From Patescibacteria group bacterium (GTDB lineage Bacteria > Patescibacteriota > UBA1384 > 2-12-FULL-50-11), in contig BOKZ01000001.1 in NCBI GenBank assembly GCA_016861245.1, positions 551,006 through 615,005 of the forward strand: 64,000 nt of DNA, written 5' to 3'. The notes under the pieces were generated by a model. It was not told where the DNA came from, did no database searches, and was given only the letters and a program-made list of their open reading frames with translations. The translations under genes were made by a program, and so were the position numbers. Shown piece after piece: positions 41,087 to 49,727 of the stretch; the first letter of the stretch is position 1, and every line of letters starts with the position of its first letter.

Positions 41087-41457
41087 TGCAAAAAGTTGAA
41101 CGAACAACACATCAGATCGACGCTTCAGGAAAAATTCTCGGTCGCTTAGCAACAGAAATTGCTACATTGCTGCGCGGAAAAAACAAAGTTGGCTTCACAT
41201 TTCACCAAGATCACGGCGATCGTGTGGTTGTAGTTAACGCAGAGAAAATTCGCGTAACTGGTCGGAAAGAACAGCAAAAGATGTATTACCGTCACTCGAC
41301 CTATCCGGGTGGACTGCGAGAGATGAACTACGCCGAACTCAAGAAAACACACCCAGAGCGCATCATCGAATTGGCTGTAAAAACCATGCTACCAGATAAT
41401 CGACTACGCGATCAGTGGATAAAGCGTTTAACAGTAATTGTGGGAGAAAAGAAATAA
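41086..41457 (+). CDS. rplM: 50S ribosomal protein L13
   Basis: 123 aa. Confidence 0.93.
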   Translation: MQKVERTTHQIDASGKILGRLATEIATLLRGKNKVGFTFHQDHGDRVVVVNAEKIRVTGRKEQQKMYYRHSTYPGGLREMNYAELKKTHPERIIELAVKTMLPDNRLRDQWIKRLTVIVGEKK

Positions 41458-41834
41458 TGGCAACAAAAACTAACTTTTTCGCCGGTGTTGGTCGCCGCAA
41501 GACCGCGGTTGCTCAAACTCGCTTAACTTCTGGTAACGGCACGTTTACTGTTAACGGTGTTGAGAAACCAGTTTTTCCGCAATTAGAGCGGTTACTCGAA
41601 ACAGTTGATCGTAAGGGTAAAGTAAATATTTCGATCGTTGTTCGGGGTGGTGGTACCAGCGGCCAAACAGACGCGATCCTTCTAGGTGTCGCTCGAGCCT
41701 TGGTAGACCTTAACGAAGACTTCCGATCTGGTCTACGAAAAGCTGGTTATCTAACCAGAGACGGCCGAATTAAAGAACGAAAGAAACCAGGCTTGAAGAA
41801 AGCACGTCGAGCTCCTCAGTGGGCAAAACGGTAA
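41457..41834 (+). CDS. rpsI: 30S ribosomal protein S9
   Basis: ATG overlapping rplM stop (TAATG); MATKTNFFAGVGRRK...; track ORF starts further upstream. Confidence 0.9.
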   Translation: MATKTNFFAGVGRRKTAVAQTRLTSGNGTFTVNGVEKPVFPQLERLLETVDRKGKVNISIVVRGGGTSGQTDAILLGVARALVDLNEDFRSGLRKAGYLTRDGRIKERKKPGLKKARRAPQWAKR

Positions 41835-41838
41835 GAAA

Positions 41839-41868
41839 CTGCCCTTCGGGGCGGTTTTTTTTGTCTAA
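41839..41868 (+). terminator. intrinsic terminator ending the r-protein superoperon
   Basis: GCCC-TTCG-GGGC hairpin then G TTTTTTTT. Confidence 0.6.
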
Positions 41869-41889
41869 AAACTCAGATAGGATACAGGT

Positions 41890-42591
41890 ATGAGCGCACT
41901 AGTAATTGATATCGAAACAGCCGGTGAGCCTTGGGAGAACATCGACGAACAAACTAAGAAAATTTTAATTAAACGAGCTGAGTACCAGCTGCCAAACTCT
42001 GAGACATCTGCAGAGGAGTACGCTGAAGAAATGCTCGGCATCTCGCCGTTGACCGGTGAGATCGTTGCCTTAGGTCTGATCGATACGTCAACCAGTAAAG
42101 GCGCTGTTTACTACCAAACGCCCGGCAAAAAAGTACCTGATGGTGAATATAAAGGATTAAAGCTTCACAGCTGTACCGAGAAAGAGATGTTGGAGCGATT
42201 TTGGGAGTTGAGCGATCGTTACACTCATTTTGTTACATATAGCGGTCGTTCTTTTGATATCCCGTATTTAATGATTCGCTCTGCGATTCACGGAATTAAA
42301 CCGAAAAAAGATTTGATGCGTGGCCGTTATATTTATCAACAGTCACCGAGCGCGATTCACGTCGACTTATACGATCAGCTCACTTTCTACGGAGCAATGC
42401 GACTCGGAGGGTTACACACGGTTTGCCGAGCCTTCGGTATTGAAAGTCCAAAATCCGACGAGATTGACGGCTCAAAAGTCAGCGAGTACTTCCGCAGCGG
42501 AAAGTATAAGGAAATTGCTGAGTATAACGCCGGTGATCTGTTTGCAACTAAGGATTTGTATAACAAGTGGAAAGAGTTATTGGTGTTTTAA
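41890..42591 (+). CDS. RNase H-like 3'-5' exonuclease (PolB-exo/YprB-like)
   Basis: 233 aa; Exo I motif VIDIETAG, later YNAGD. Confidence 0.5.
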   Translation: MSALVIDIETAGEPWENIDEQTKKILIKRAEYQLPNSETSAEEYAEEMLGISPLTGEIVALGLIDTSTSKGAVYYQTPGKKVPDGEYKGLKLHSCTEKEMLERFWELSDRYTHFVTYSGRSFDIPYLMIRSAIHGIKPKKDLMRGRYIYQQSPSAIHVDLYDQLTFYGAMRLGGLHTVCRAFGIESPKSDEIDGSKVSEYFRSGKYKEIAEYNAGDLFATKDLYNKWKELLVF

Positions 42592-42902
42592 TGAAACGTG
42601 ATATCGAACAGAAAAATCAGTCATATAAAAAAGCCCTCGGCAAAGTACTATTAAAAGTTTTTCCCGGGGAGTCGTTAATTGTCACAGATGTTTTACTGGA
42701 TCCGTCGATGAAACACGGCAAAGTGTGGATAAAGGGTTCAACAGAGGGGATCGAACAAATTAATAAGAAAAAAGGTGATATCTCACAGGAGTTAAAGCGC
42801 TACGTTAATACCCGTTATATGCCAAGTCTTGAGTTTGTTCTCGACGACCGTTATCTCGATCATATCGACGAATTGTTTTCGGAGGTAATAGATGAAAAGT
42901 AA
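42591..42902 (+). CDS. hypothetical small protein, possibly RbfA-like
   Basis: ATG overlapping previous stop; weak resemblance only. Confidence 0.3.
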   Translation: MKRDIEQKNQSYKKALGKVLLKVFPGESLIVTDVLLDPSMKHGKVWIKGSTEGIEQINKKKGDISQELKRYVNTRYMPSLEFVLDDRYLDHIDELFSEVIDEK

Positions 42903-43266
42903 AATACTACTTTTTAGTCTGTTTTCGGTGACGTTGTTCGCTTTAGCGACAACGATTACTTTAGTATTCAACACCGCACCCGATTCACCGAAACTAATCG
43001 TCGGATTCTTTGCTTCGGTATTAGTAACAGTTTTTGGGCTTATTTACTTACTTATTTACGGTTTGCAGTACTGGCGGTATCGTTCTGTCGCGCCGTGGCA
43101 AGCGACGCTACTAAATCTCAGATTATCGTTTATTGGTGCGATGACGTTCGTTGCCTTGTTACTAATGAGTGCCTATGAGATAGTAACGCCGGCAACAGCA
43201 ATAATCGTGTTAATTATTGCTGTGCTAACAGAACTAGTTTGGCGAAGGAGAACTGCAAAGATATGA
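42892..43266 (+). CDS. small integral membrane protein (4 TM)
   Basis: 124 aa hydrophobic. Confidence 0.5.
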   Translation: MKSKILLFSLFSVTLFALATTITLVFNTAPDSPKLIVGFFASVLVTVFGLIYLLIYGLQYWRYRSVAPWQATLLNLRLSFIGAMTFVALLLMSAYEIVTPATAIIVLIIAVLTELVWRRRTAKI

Positions 43267-43946
43267 CTGGGCATCTACATCCGCTAACCGTTGTAACCGA
43301 AAAGATTGTTGAGTACTTTAGGCCGTACGGATTTGAGGTGATAACTGGTCCTGAGATAGTAACAACCGAAGAAAACTTCGATAGTTTGAATATCCCTGCC
43401 GACCATCCTGCTCGAGCAGAGTTCGACACATTCTATTTAAACGACGGTCGTAGCCTACGAGCGCATATGACATCTTTATACTTACGTACGATGAAGGATC
43501 GCCAGCCGCCAGTCCGTTTTCTATTTCCTGGGCGCTGCTTTCGTAACGAAGCTACCGATGCTACACATAATCACACGTTTCACCAAATTGACGGGTTAGT
43601 AATTGATACAGAAATAAATTTAGGCAACCTCATCGCTTCGTTAGAGGGACTACTGAAAAACTTAGTAGGGGAGTCGATCGAATTTCGGGTTCGAAATAGC
43701 TACTTCCCGTTTACCGAGCCAAGTATCGAATTAGATATTAAACGGTCCGGTGGCGATTGGTTAGAGATGTTGGGTGCCGGCATGGTTAACCCGAACGTTA
43801 TACGATATTACGGACTCGACCCGGCCGTCTATCAAGGTTACGCTTTCGGGATTGGTCTAGAAAGAATGTTGAATGTTGCCGGTGGTGTTGACGATGTAAG
43901 AAATAACCTTAGCGGCGATTATCGTTATATTGGGCAAGTGAAATGA
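43263..43946 (+). CDS. pheS: phenylalanine-tRNA ligase alpha subunit (short, catalytic core only)
   Basis: class II core; ATGA overlap start at 43263 (alt. ATG 43239); about 227 aa, lacks N-terminal extension. Confidence 0.8.
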   Translation: MTGHLHPLTVVTEKIVEYFRPYGFEVITGPEIVTTEENFDSLNIPADHPARAEFDTFYLNDGRSLRAHMTSLYLRTMKDRQPPVRFLFPGRCFRNEATDATHNHTFHQIDGLVIDTEINLGNLIASLEGLLKNLVGESIEFRVRNSYFPFTEPSIELDIKRSGGDWLEMLGAGMVNPNVIRYYGLDPAVYQGYAFGIGLERMLNVAGGVDDVRNNLSGDYRYIGQVK

Positions 43947-45130
43947 AGTACAACTACTCTGAATTTCAACAAGCAATTAAGAATTTACAGTGGAGCAAAC
44001 AAGAGCTAGCTGACCGCCTGAGTGTTATTGGACACGAAGCAGTAGTAACGGGTGAAGAACTGGATGTTACCGTAACCAGCAACAGAAAAGATTGTCAGAA
44101 TTTTCAGTATTTAGTTTTTGATTTATGCGGCGTTACGGAAGAGCTAGAGCAATCTAATCCGCCGAGTGGCTACTCTCACTCCAACGTAATCCCAGTCTCG
44201 ATCGAACAGGTAAATAGATTACTAGGATCCAACTTAGAACCGTCGGTACTTAAGAAGCTCGAAAAACTTGGCTTTATTGTCGAAGCAAACGGCGTTCGAC
44301 CGCCAAATTTTAGAACTGGTATCGAAACGGTTGCTGATATTGCTGAGGAGGTTCTACGAGTTGTCGGTTTTGAGGCTATCTCGATTAAGGAATTGTCAAA
44401 GGCCGATATCAAAGTATCGCCAGACTATGAAAAGCAGTTAGCGATTAAGCAAAAATTAGCTGGTATCGGTCTATTTGAGACTCGAACGTATTCGTTTGAA
44501 TCGAACGGGGATGTAGAATTGAAAAATCCGTTTAGCGCCACTATGCCGTATTTGCGCACATCGTTGCTACAGGGTTTACTCGTTACTGCGAGCAAAAATC
44601 CGTATATGAAACGAGTTAGTTGTTTTGAGATTGGTAACATCTTTAACCCAGATGAGCAGACTGTTTTAGAAATACTCTTAACCGGGCAAAAAAACTACGA
44701 CCATGTAACACAGCAAATAATCAAAGTGCTCGGAGTTACTATTACTTTTCAGCCGGTTGAAGACACTCTGCTGACGGCTTCAGGCGTCAAACAACCCAAC
44801 CCAGTATCGGCTCAGCTGCCGATCGACAAAATTACAGAAGTAAAACCAACTAACAGGCCGGTGGATCTGCCGCAATTTCAGCCTGTAAGCAAGTTTCCGC
44901 CGCTCGTTCGTGACGTTACGCTTATCGACACAGAATTCGACTCATCAACGGCAGCGAAAATTTTTCCTGAGCTACTTTTTGTTGAGGAAATTGACAACTA
45001 CGTAAGCCCCGAAACAAACAAACAATCTGTTACGTACCGATTTCTCTTTCAGAAGTTTGAAAGCAGTTTCGTAGATGAGGAGATTCGATCGATCGATCAA
45101 AGACTACTTAAGCATTTCAACAACGAGTAA
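43943..45130 (+). CDS. pheT: phenylalanine-tRNA ligase beta subunit, minimal form (B5-B8 only)
   Basis: 395 aa vs about 800 typical; B5 (VIPVSIEQVNRLLG), core and C-terminal FDX-ACB-like domain present; no B1-B4. Confidence 0.6.
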   Translation: MKYNYSEFQQAIKNLQWSKQELADRLSVIGHEAVVTGEELDVTVTSNRKDCQNFQYLVFDLCGVTEELEQSNPPSGYSHSNVIPVSIEQVNRLLGSNLEPSVLKKLEKLGFIVEANGVRPPNFRTGIETVADIAEEVLRVVGFEAISIKELSKADIKVSPDYEKQLAIKQKLAGIGLFETRTYSFESNGDVELKNPFSATMPYLRTSLLQGLLVTASKNPYMKRVSCFEIGNIFNPDEQTVLEILLTGQKNYDHVTQQIIKVLGVTITFQPVEDTLLTASGVKQPNPVSAQLPIDKITEVKPTNRPVDLPQFQPVSKFPPLVRDVTLIDTEFDSSTAAKIFPELLFVEEIDNYVSPETNKQSVTYRFLFQKFESSFVDEEIRSIDQRLLKHFNNE

Positions 45131-45149
45131 TAACAGGTAAAATTTAGAC

Positions 45150-46523
45150 ATGGAACGAGCTCTAAGTAATCAAGTTAAAGACAAAATCGGTCAAACTGTA
45201 ACGATTCGTGGCTGGGCAGAAACTGTGCGCAAACACGCAAAAGTTGTATTTATCGACGTTCGCGATCGAACTGGGTTAGTTCAGGTAGTTTGCACGGAAA
45301 AACTACTTGAGGTTGCGAACTCCATCTCTCCTGAATCGGTGGTTACGATTACCGGCACTGTTACCGAGCGCCCGCAATCACTGGTTAATGTTAACATCGT
45401 CAGCGGTACTGTCGAGCTTCAGGCAGACTCTATCACGGTTGAATCAGTCGCTAAAACGCTCCCGATGCCGTTAAACGATCGGGCTGTCAGCGAAGAAACA
45501 CGATTAAAATACCGGTATTTAGACTTGCGTTCGAAGAAAATGGCCGAAAATATCCGAATGCGACATCAAATGAATCAGTTTTTACGCGAGGAACTCACAA
45601 AACTTGATTTCGTTGAAGTTGAGACTCCGTATATCTCTAAATCTACTCCAGAAGGAGCACGAGACTATCTTGTTCCGAGCCGGATTCAGCCAGGTAATTT
45701 TTACGCGCTTCCGCAGTCGCCACAGCAGTATAAACAGCTATTAATGGTCGCTGGGCTCGAGCGTTATTTCCAGATTGCTCGCTGTTTTCGTGACGAGGAT
45801 GCACGTGGCGATCGCCAACCAGAATTCTCACAGTTAGATCTTGAGCTAAGTTTTACTTCGCAAGAAGAAATTCTCCAGGTTACAGAAAGCTTATTCTTAG
45901 GGCTAGTGAAAAAATTCTTTCCGGAGAAAACCTTAACGTTCAATACGATTCCGCGACTAACGTATAAAGAAGTAATGGAGCAGTACGGCACCGATAAGCC
46001 GGATTTGCGTCAAGACAAAACAAACGACGACGAGCTAGCTTTCGCGTTTATTATTGATTTTCCGATGTTTGAGTGGAAGGAATCCGAAAAACGTTTTGAC
46101 GCAACGCACCACCCGTTCACAGCGCCAAAACCAGAATGGGAAGATAACTTTGAAAAACACCCAGAAGAGGCTTTAGCGCTCCAACACGACTTTGTTCTTA
46201 ACGGATCAGAGATTGCTGGCGGAAGCGTCCGAATTCACCGTGCTGACGTTCTGGAGCGTGTCTTCGAGTTTCTAGGACACAACAAAGAAAAGATTCGAGC
46301 TGATTTCGGGCATTTACTAGAAGCCTTCGAGTATGGAGTGCCGCCGCACGGCGGTATCGCTCCCGGACTCGACCGAATTTACACAATCTTACTTAAAGAG
46401 AACTCTATCCGCGACGTCATTGCATTTGCTAAAGCCGGCGATGGTCGCGATCTGATGATGAACGCACCGAGCCCAGTAGATGACGCACAACTAAAGGAAC
46501 TTGGTCTAAAGAAAATCGGTTAG
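45150..46523 (+). CDS. aspS: aspartate-tRNA ligase, short archaeal-type (no GAD insertion)
   Basis: 457 aa; QSPQQYKQLLMVAGLERYFQIARCFRDED motif 2. Confidence 0.8.
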   Translation: MERALSNQVKDKIGQTVTIRGWAETVRKHAKVVFIDVRDRTGLVQVVCTEKLLEVANSISPESVVTITGTVTERPQSLVNVNIVSGTVELQADSITVESVAKTLPMPLNDRAVSEETRLKYRYLDLRSKKMAENIRMRHQMNQFLREELTKLDFVEVETPYISKSTPEGARDYLVPSRIQPGNFYALPQSPQQYKQLLMVAGLERYFQIARCFRDEDARGDRQPEFSQLDLELSFTSQEEILQVTESLFLGLVKKFFPEKTLTFNTIPRLTYKEVMEQYGTDKPDLRQDKTNDDELAFAFIIDFPMFEWKESEKRFDATHHPFTAPKPEWEDNFEKHPEEALALQHDFVLNGSEIAGGSVRIHRADVLERVFEFLGHNKEKIRADFGHLLEAFEYGVPPHGGIAPGLDRIYTILLKENSIRDVIAFAKAGDGRDLMMNAPSPVDDAQLKELGLKKIG

Positions 46524-46525
46524 CG

Positions 46526-47509
46526 ATGCTAACACCGGAAACGCAGTTCGGTCCAAAGAGAAAAAAGCGCTTACCACTCGTGCTCATTATTCTTATATCT
46601 CTATTTTTGGTGCCAGCAGCTACCAATAATATCGAAGCTACCACCGACACTATTACGTTGCCAGACATTTCTGTACAACTCTCCGATACAACTAGCTATC
46701 TCTCAGTTAAGGATGGTACTCGTAGGCCACTTGTTTACGCGAAATCGGTGTTACTAATGAACGCTGAAACTGGAGAAGAATTATGGTCTGATAACGCCGA
46801 CGAAGTGGTGGCAGTCGCCTCAACAACCAAAATGACAACCGCATTAACTGCTCGCAAATTACTTAAACTAGATGAAGTTGTTACCGTCACACGATCGTCT
46901 GTGTTAGTCGCAGGATCAAAAATACAACTCGCAGTTGGCGAACAAATTACGGTGGAGAACTTACTAAAAGGATTATTAATACAATCCGGAAACGACACAG
47001 CGTTTGCGTTGGCCGAGCATTACGGCCAGAAGCACGGCGGTGATTATAAACTGTTTGTCAGCGAAATGAATAAGTTTTCAGAACAAAATAATCTGATGCT
47101 CTCTAAGTACAACGACCCAGCAGGACTAGACGATGAGGTCGGCCGCTCGACTGCTCGGACACTTGCTCACACCGCTAGATTATTACTACGTGATCCGGTC
47201 TTATCTGAAATCGTGCGGACACCGACTGAGATAATCTATTCAGTCGATAATAAGTACTCACACGAGCTAAAAAACTCTAACCGCTTACTATTAGCCGACA
47301 CTCCATACTACATGCCTGGTGCCATTGGTATAAAAACTGGGTTCACTCACGGCGCCGGTCACTGCTTGGTGGCTGGGTATAAAACATCGGTCGGTACCGT
47401 GATCGGCGTAGTATTAAATACGAACGAATACACTATTACTGCCTCTGCGGCAGAGATGAAGAAACTCTTCCAATGGGCTGAGAACAATGTTCTTGAGAAA
47501 AGCTACTAA
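46526..47509 (+). CDS. serine-type D-Ala-D-Ala carboxypeptidase (PBP5/6-like)
   Basis: SxxK (ASTTKMT), SxN (QSGND), KTG (IGIKTGFT); N-terminal signal/TM. Confidence 0.75.
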   Translation: MLTPETQFGPKRKKRLPLVLIILISLFLVPAATNNIEATTDTITLPDISVQLSDTTSYLSVKDGTRRPLVYAKSVLLMNAETGEELWSDNADEVVAVASTTKMTTALTARKLLKLDEVVTVTRSSVLVAGSKIQLAVGEQITVENLLKGLLIQSGNDTAFALAEHYGQKHGGDYKLFVSEMNKFSEQNNLMLSKYNDPAGLDDEVGRSTARTLAHTARLLLRDPVLSEIVRTPTEIIYSVDNKYSHELKNSNRLLLADTPYYMPGAIGIKTGFTHGAGHCLVAGYKTSVGTVIGVVLNTNEYTITASAAEMKKLFQWAENNVLEKSY

Positions 47510-47584
47510 TCAACCAGGGTATTGACAATACTTAGAATGAGTATAGTAATAAGTGATTAGAAGTAATTACAAAAGTGTTAATAA

Positions 47585-48292
<708 letters not shown>

Positions 48293-48309
48293 ATAACTTA
48301 AAACTCAAC

Positions 48310-48337
48310 AAAAAAAGACCCAACCGGGTCTTTTTTT
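48310..48337. terminator. bidirectional intrinsic terminator between convergent genes
   Basis: AAAAAAA-GACCC-AACC-GGGTC-TTTTTTT. Confidence 0.7.
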
Positions 48338-48338
48338 G

Positions 48339-49052
48339 TTATTTATCAGCAATAAATTTTTGCCAAGCCGCGAGCGCGTTGGCGGCAGCGATCTGTTCGG
48401 CTCGTTGTTTTGAGGAGCCCTGTCCCTCAGCGATTAGTTTTGCCTTGGCGTATACGCCGACGGTGAACGTTTTATTATGGTCAGGACCTTCGTCTTTGAT
48501 AACTCTATATTCGGGCGTAACGCTTAGTGCTTCCTGTGAAAGTTCCTGTAAATGCGACTTTGGATCGATGTATAATTTCTTCTCAATAATCTCTGGTAAT
48601 AGACTTATGAGATGCTCTTGAATGAACGTAGTAGCAGCTGTGTAGCCCCGGTCGAGGTAAATCGCTCCAATAATAGCTTCAACAGCGTTTGCGAGTATTA
48701 AATTACGCGCCCTGCCGCCGCTTTTTTCTTCGCCCTTGCTCATCCGCAGTATCGAACCAACACCGAGATCAATCGCAACTTTCGCCAGGACTTCGCCCTT
48801 AACGATTGCGCTACGCCAGTTTGTTAGCTCACCTTCAGGATTTGGAAAGTTCTTGTAAAGGTATTCTGTTACAACCAATTCAAGCACAGCGTCGCCAAGA
48901 AATTCCAGCCGCTCGTTATGTTCTTGCGATTTATCGTTCGTTTCGTTTAAAAACGAACGGTGCGTCAGCGCAATTTGGAGTAACTGCGGGCTTTTAAAGC
49001 TGACGCCGATTTTCTTCTCAAATTCGGTGAGGTCACTTAGCTTCGGGTTCAT
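48339..49052 (-). CDS. rnc: ribonuclease III
   Basis: ERLEFLGDAVLELVVTEYL signature; dsRBD C-terminus. Confidence 0.92.
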   Translation of the reverse strand: MNPKLSDLTEFEKKIGVSFKSPQLLQIALTHRSFLNETNDKSQEHNERLEFLGDAVLELVVTEYLYKNFPNPEGELTNWRSAIVKGEVLAKVAIDLGVGSILRMSKGEEKSGGRARNLILANAVEAIIGAIYLDRGYTAATTFIQEHLISLLPEIIEKKLYIDPKSHLQELSQEALSVTPEYRVIKDEGPDHNKTFTVGVYAKAKLIAEGQGSSKQRAEQIAAANALAAWQKFIADK

Positions 49053-49488
49053 CAGTGGGTTTTATTTCTTCTTCGACGTAGCGGTCGCTGTTGCGATAAA
49101 GTGTTCCCAGTACGCCGTTAATAAACTTCGACGAGTTCTCGCCACCAAACGTCTTTGCAATCTCAACTGCCTCGTTAATAGCAACTTTTGGCGGAATGTC
49201 CTCGTCTTTTAGTAGCTCGTAGGCCGCTAAACGCAAAATACTTTTATCGATAATTGAAATTTGATCGAGCGGCCATTCCGGCGCTGCATCGGCAATAAGT
49301 TGATCGATCTCTTCTTTAAATTCAACCGTTCCTTCTACAACACGGTGAACGTAATCTACGTCCACATCTTTTTTTACCGGCTCCATCACACGATCAGCGA
49401 TTTCAACGATAGTTTGATTCTGATGGAAGTCCCACTCGTAGAGCGACTGCATGGCAATCGTTCGCGATAGGTGGCGGTTTACCGACAT
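49033..49488 (-). CDS. nusB: transcription antitermination factor NusB
   Basis: 151 aa NusB-like. Confidence 0.85.
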   Translation of the reverse strand: MSVNRHLSRTIAMQSLYEWDFHQNQTIVEIADRVMEPVKKDVDVDYVHRVVEGTVEFKEEIDQLIADAAPEWPLDQISIIDKSILRLAAYELLKDEDIPPKVAINEAVEIAKTFGGENSSKFINGVLGTLYRNSDRYVEEEIKPTDEPEAK

Positions 49489-49490
49489 CG

Positions 49491-49703
49491 TTATTTAGAT
49501 TCTTGATCTAAGACGATTCGTTTGGTTGGCGCGCTCTGAGTAACTGACTTACCGTTATAAAAACCGCAATGCGGGCAAACAACGTGAGGAAGCGCAGGTT
49601 TCTTGCAGTTAGTGCAAGTTGTTACTTCCAAATCAGTTGCCTTGTACTGGGCTCGACGTAAATTTGTTCGAGTTTTGGATAACTTTTTCTTTGGCTCTGC
49701 CAT
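49491..49703 (-). CDS. rpmF: 50S ribosomal protein L32
   Basis: MAEPKKKLSKTRTNLRRAQ...CTNCKKPALPHVVCPHCG zinc ribbon. Confidence 0.85.
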   Translation of the reverse strand: MAEPKKKLSKTRTNLRRAQYKATDLEVTTCTNCKKPALPHVVCPHCGFYNGKSVTQSAPTKRIVLDQESK

Positions 49704-49727
49704 TGTTTATATAGTATACAGCAGTTT

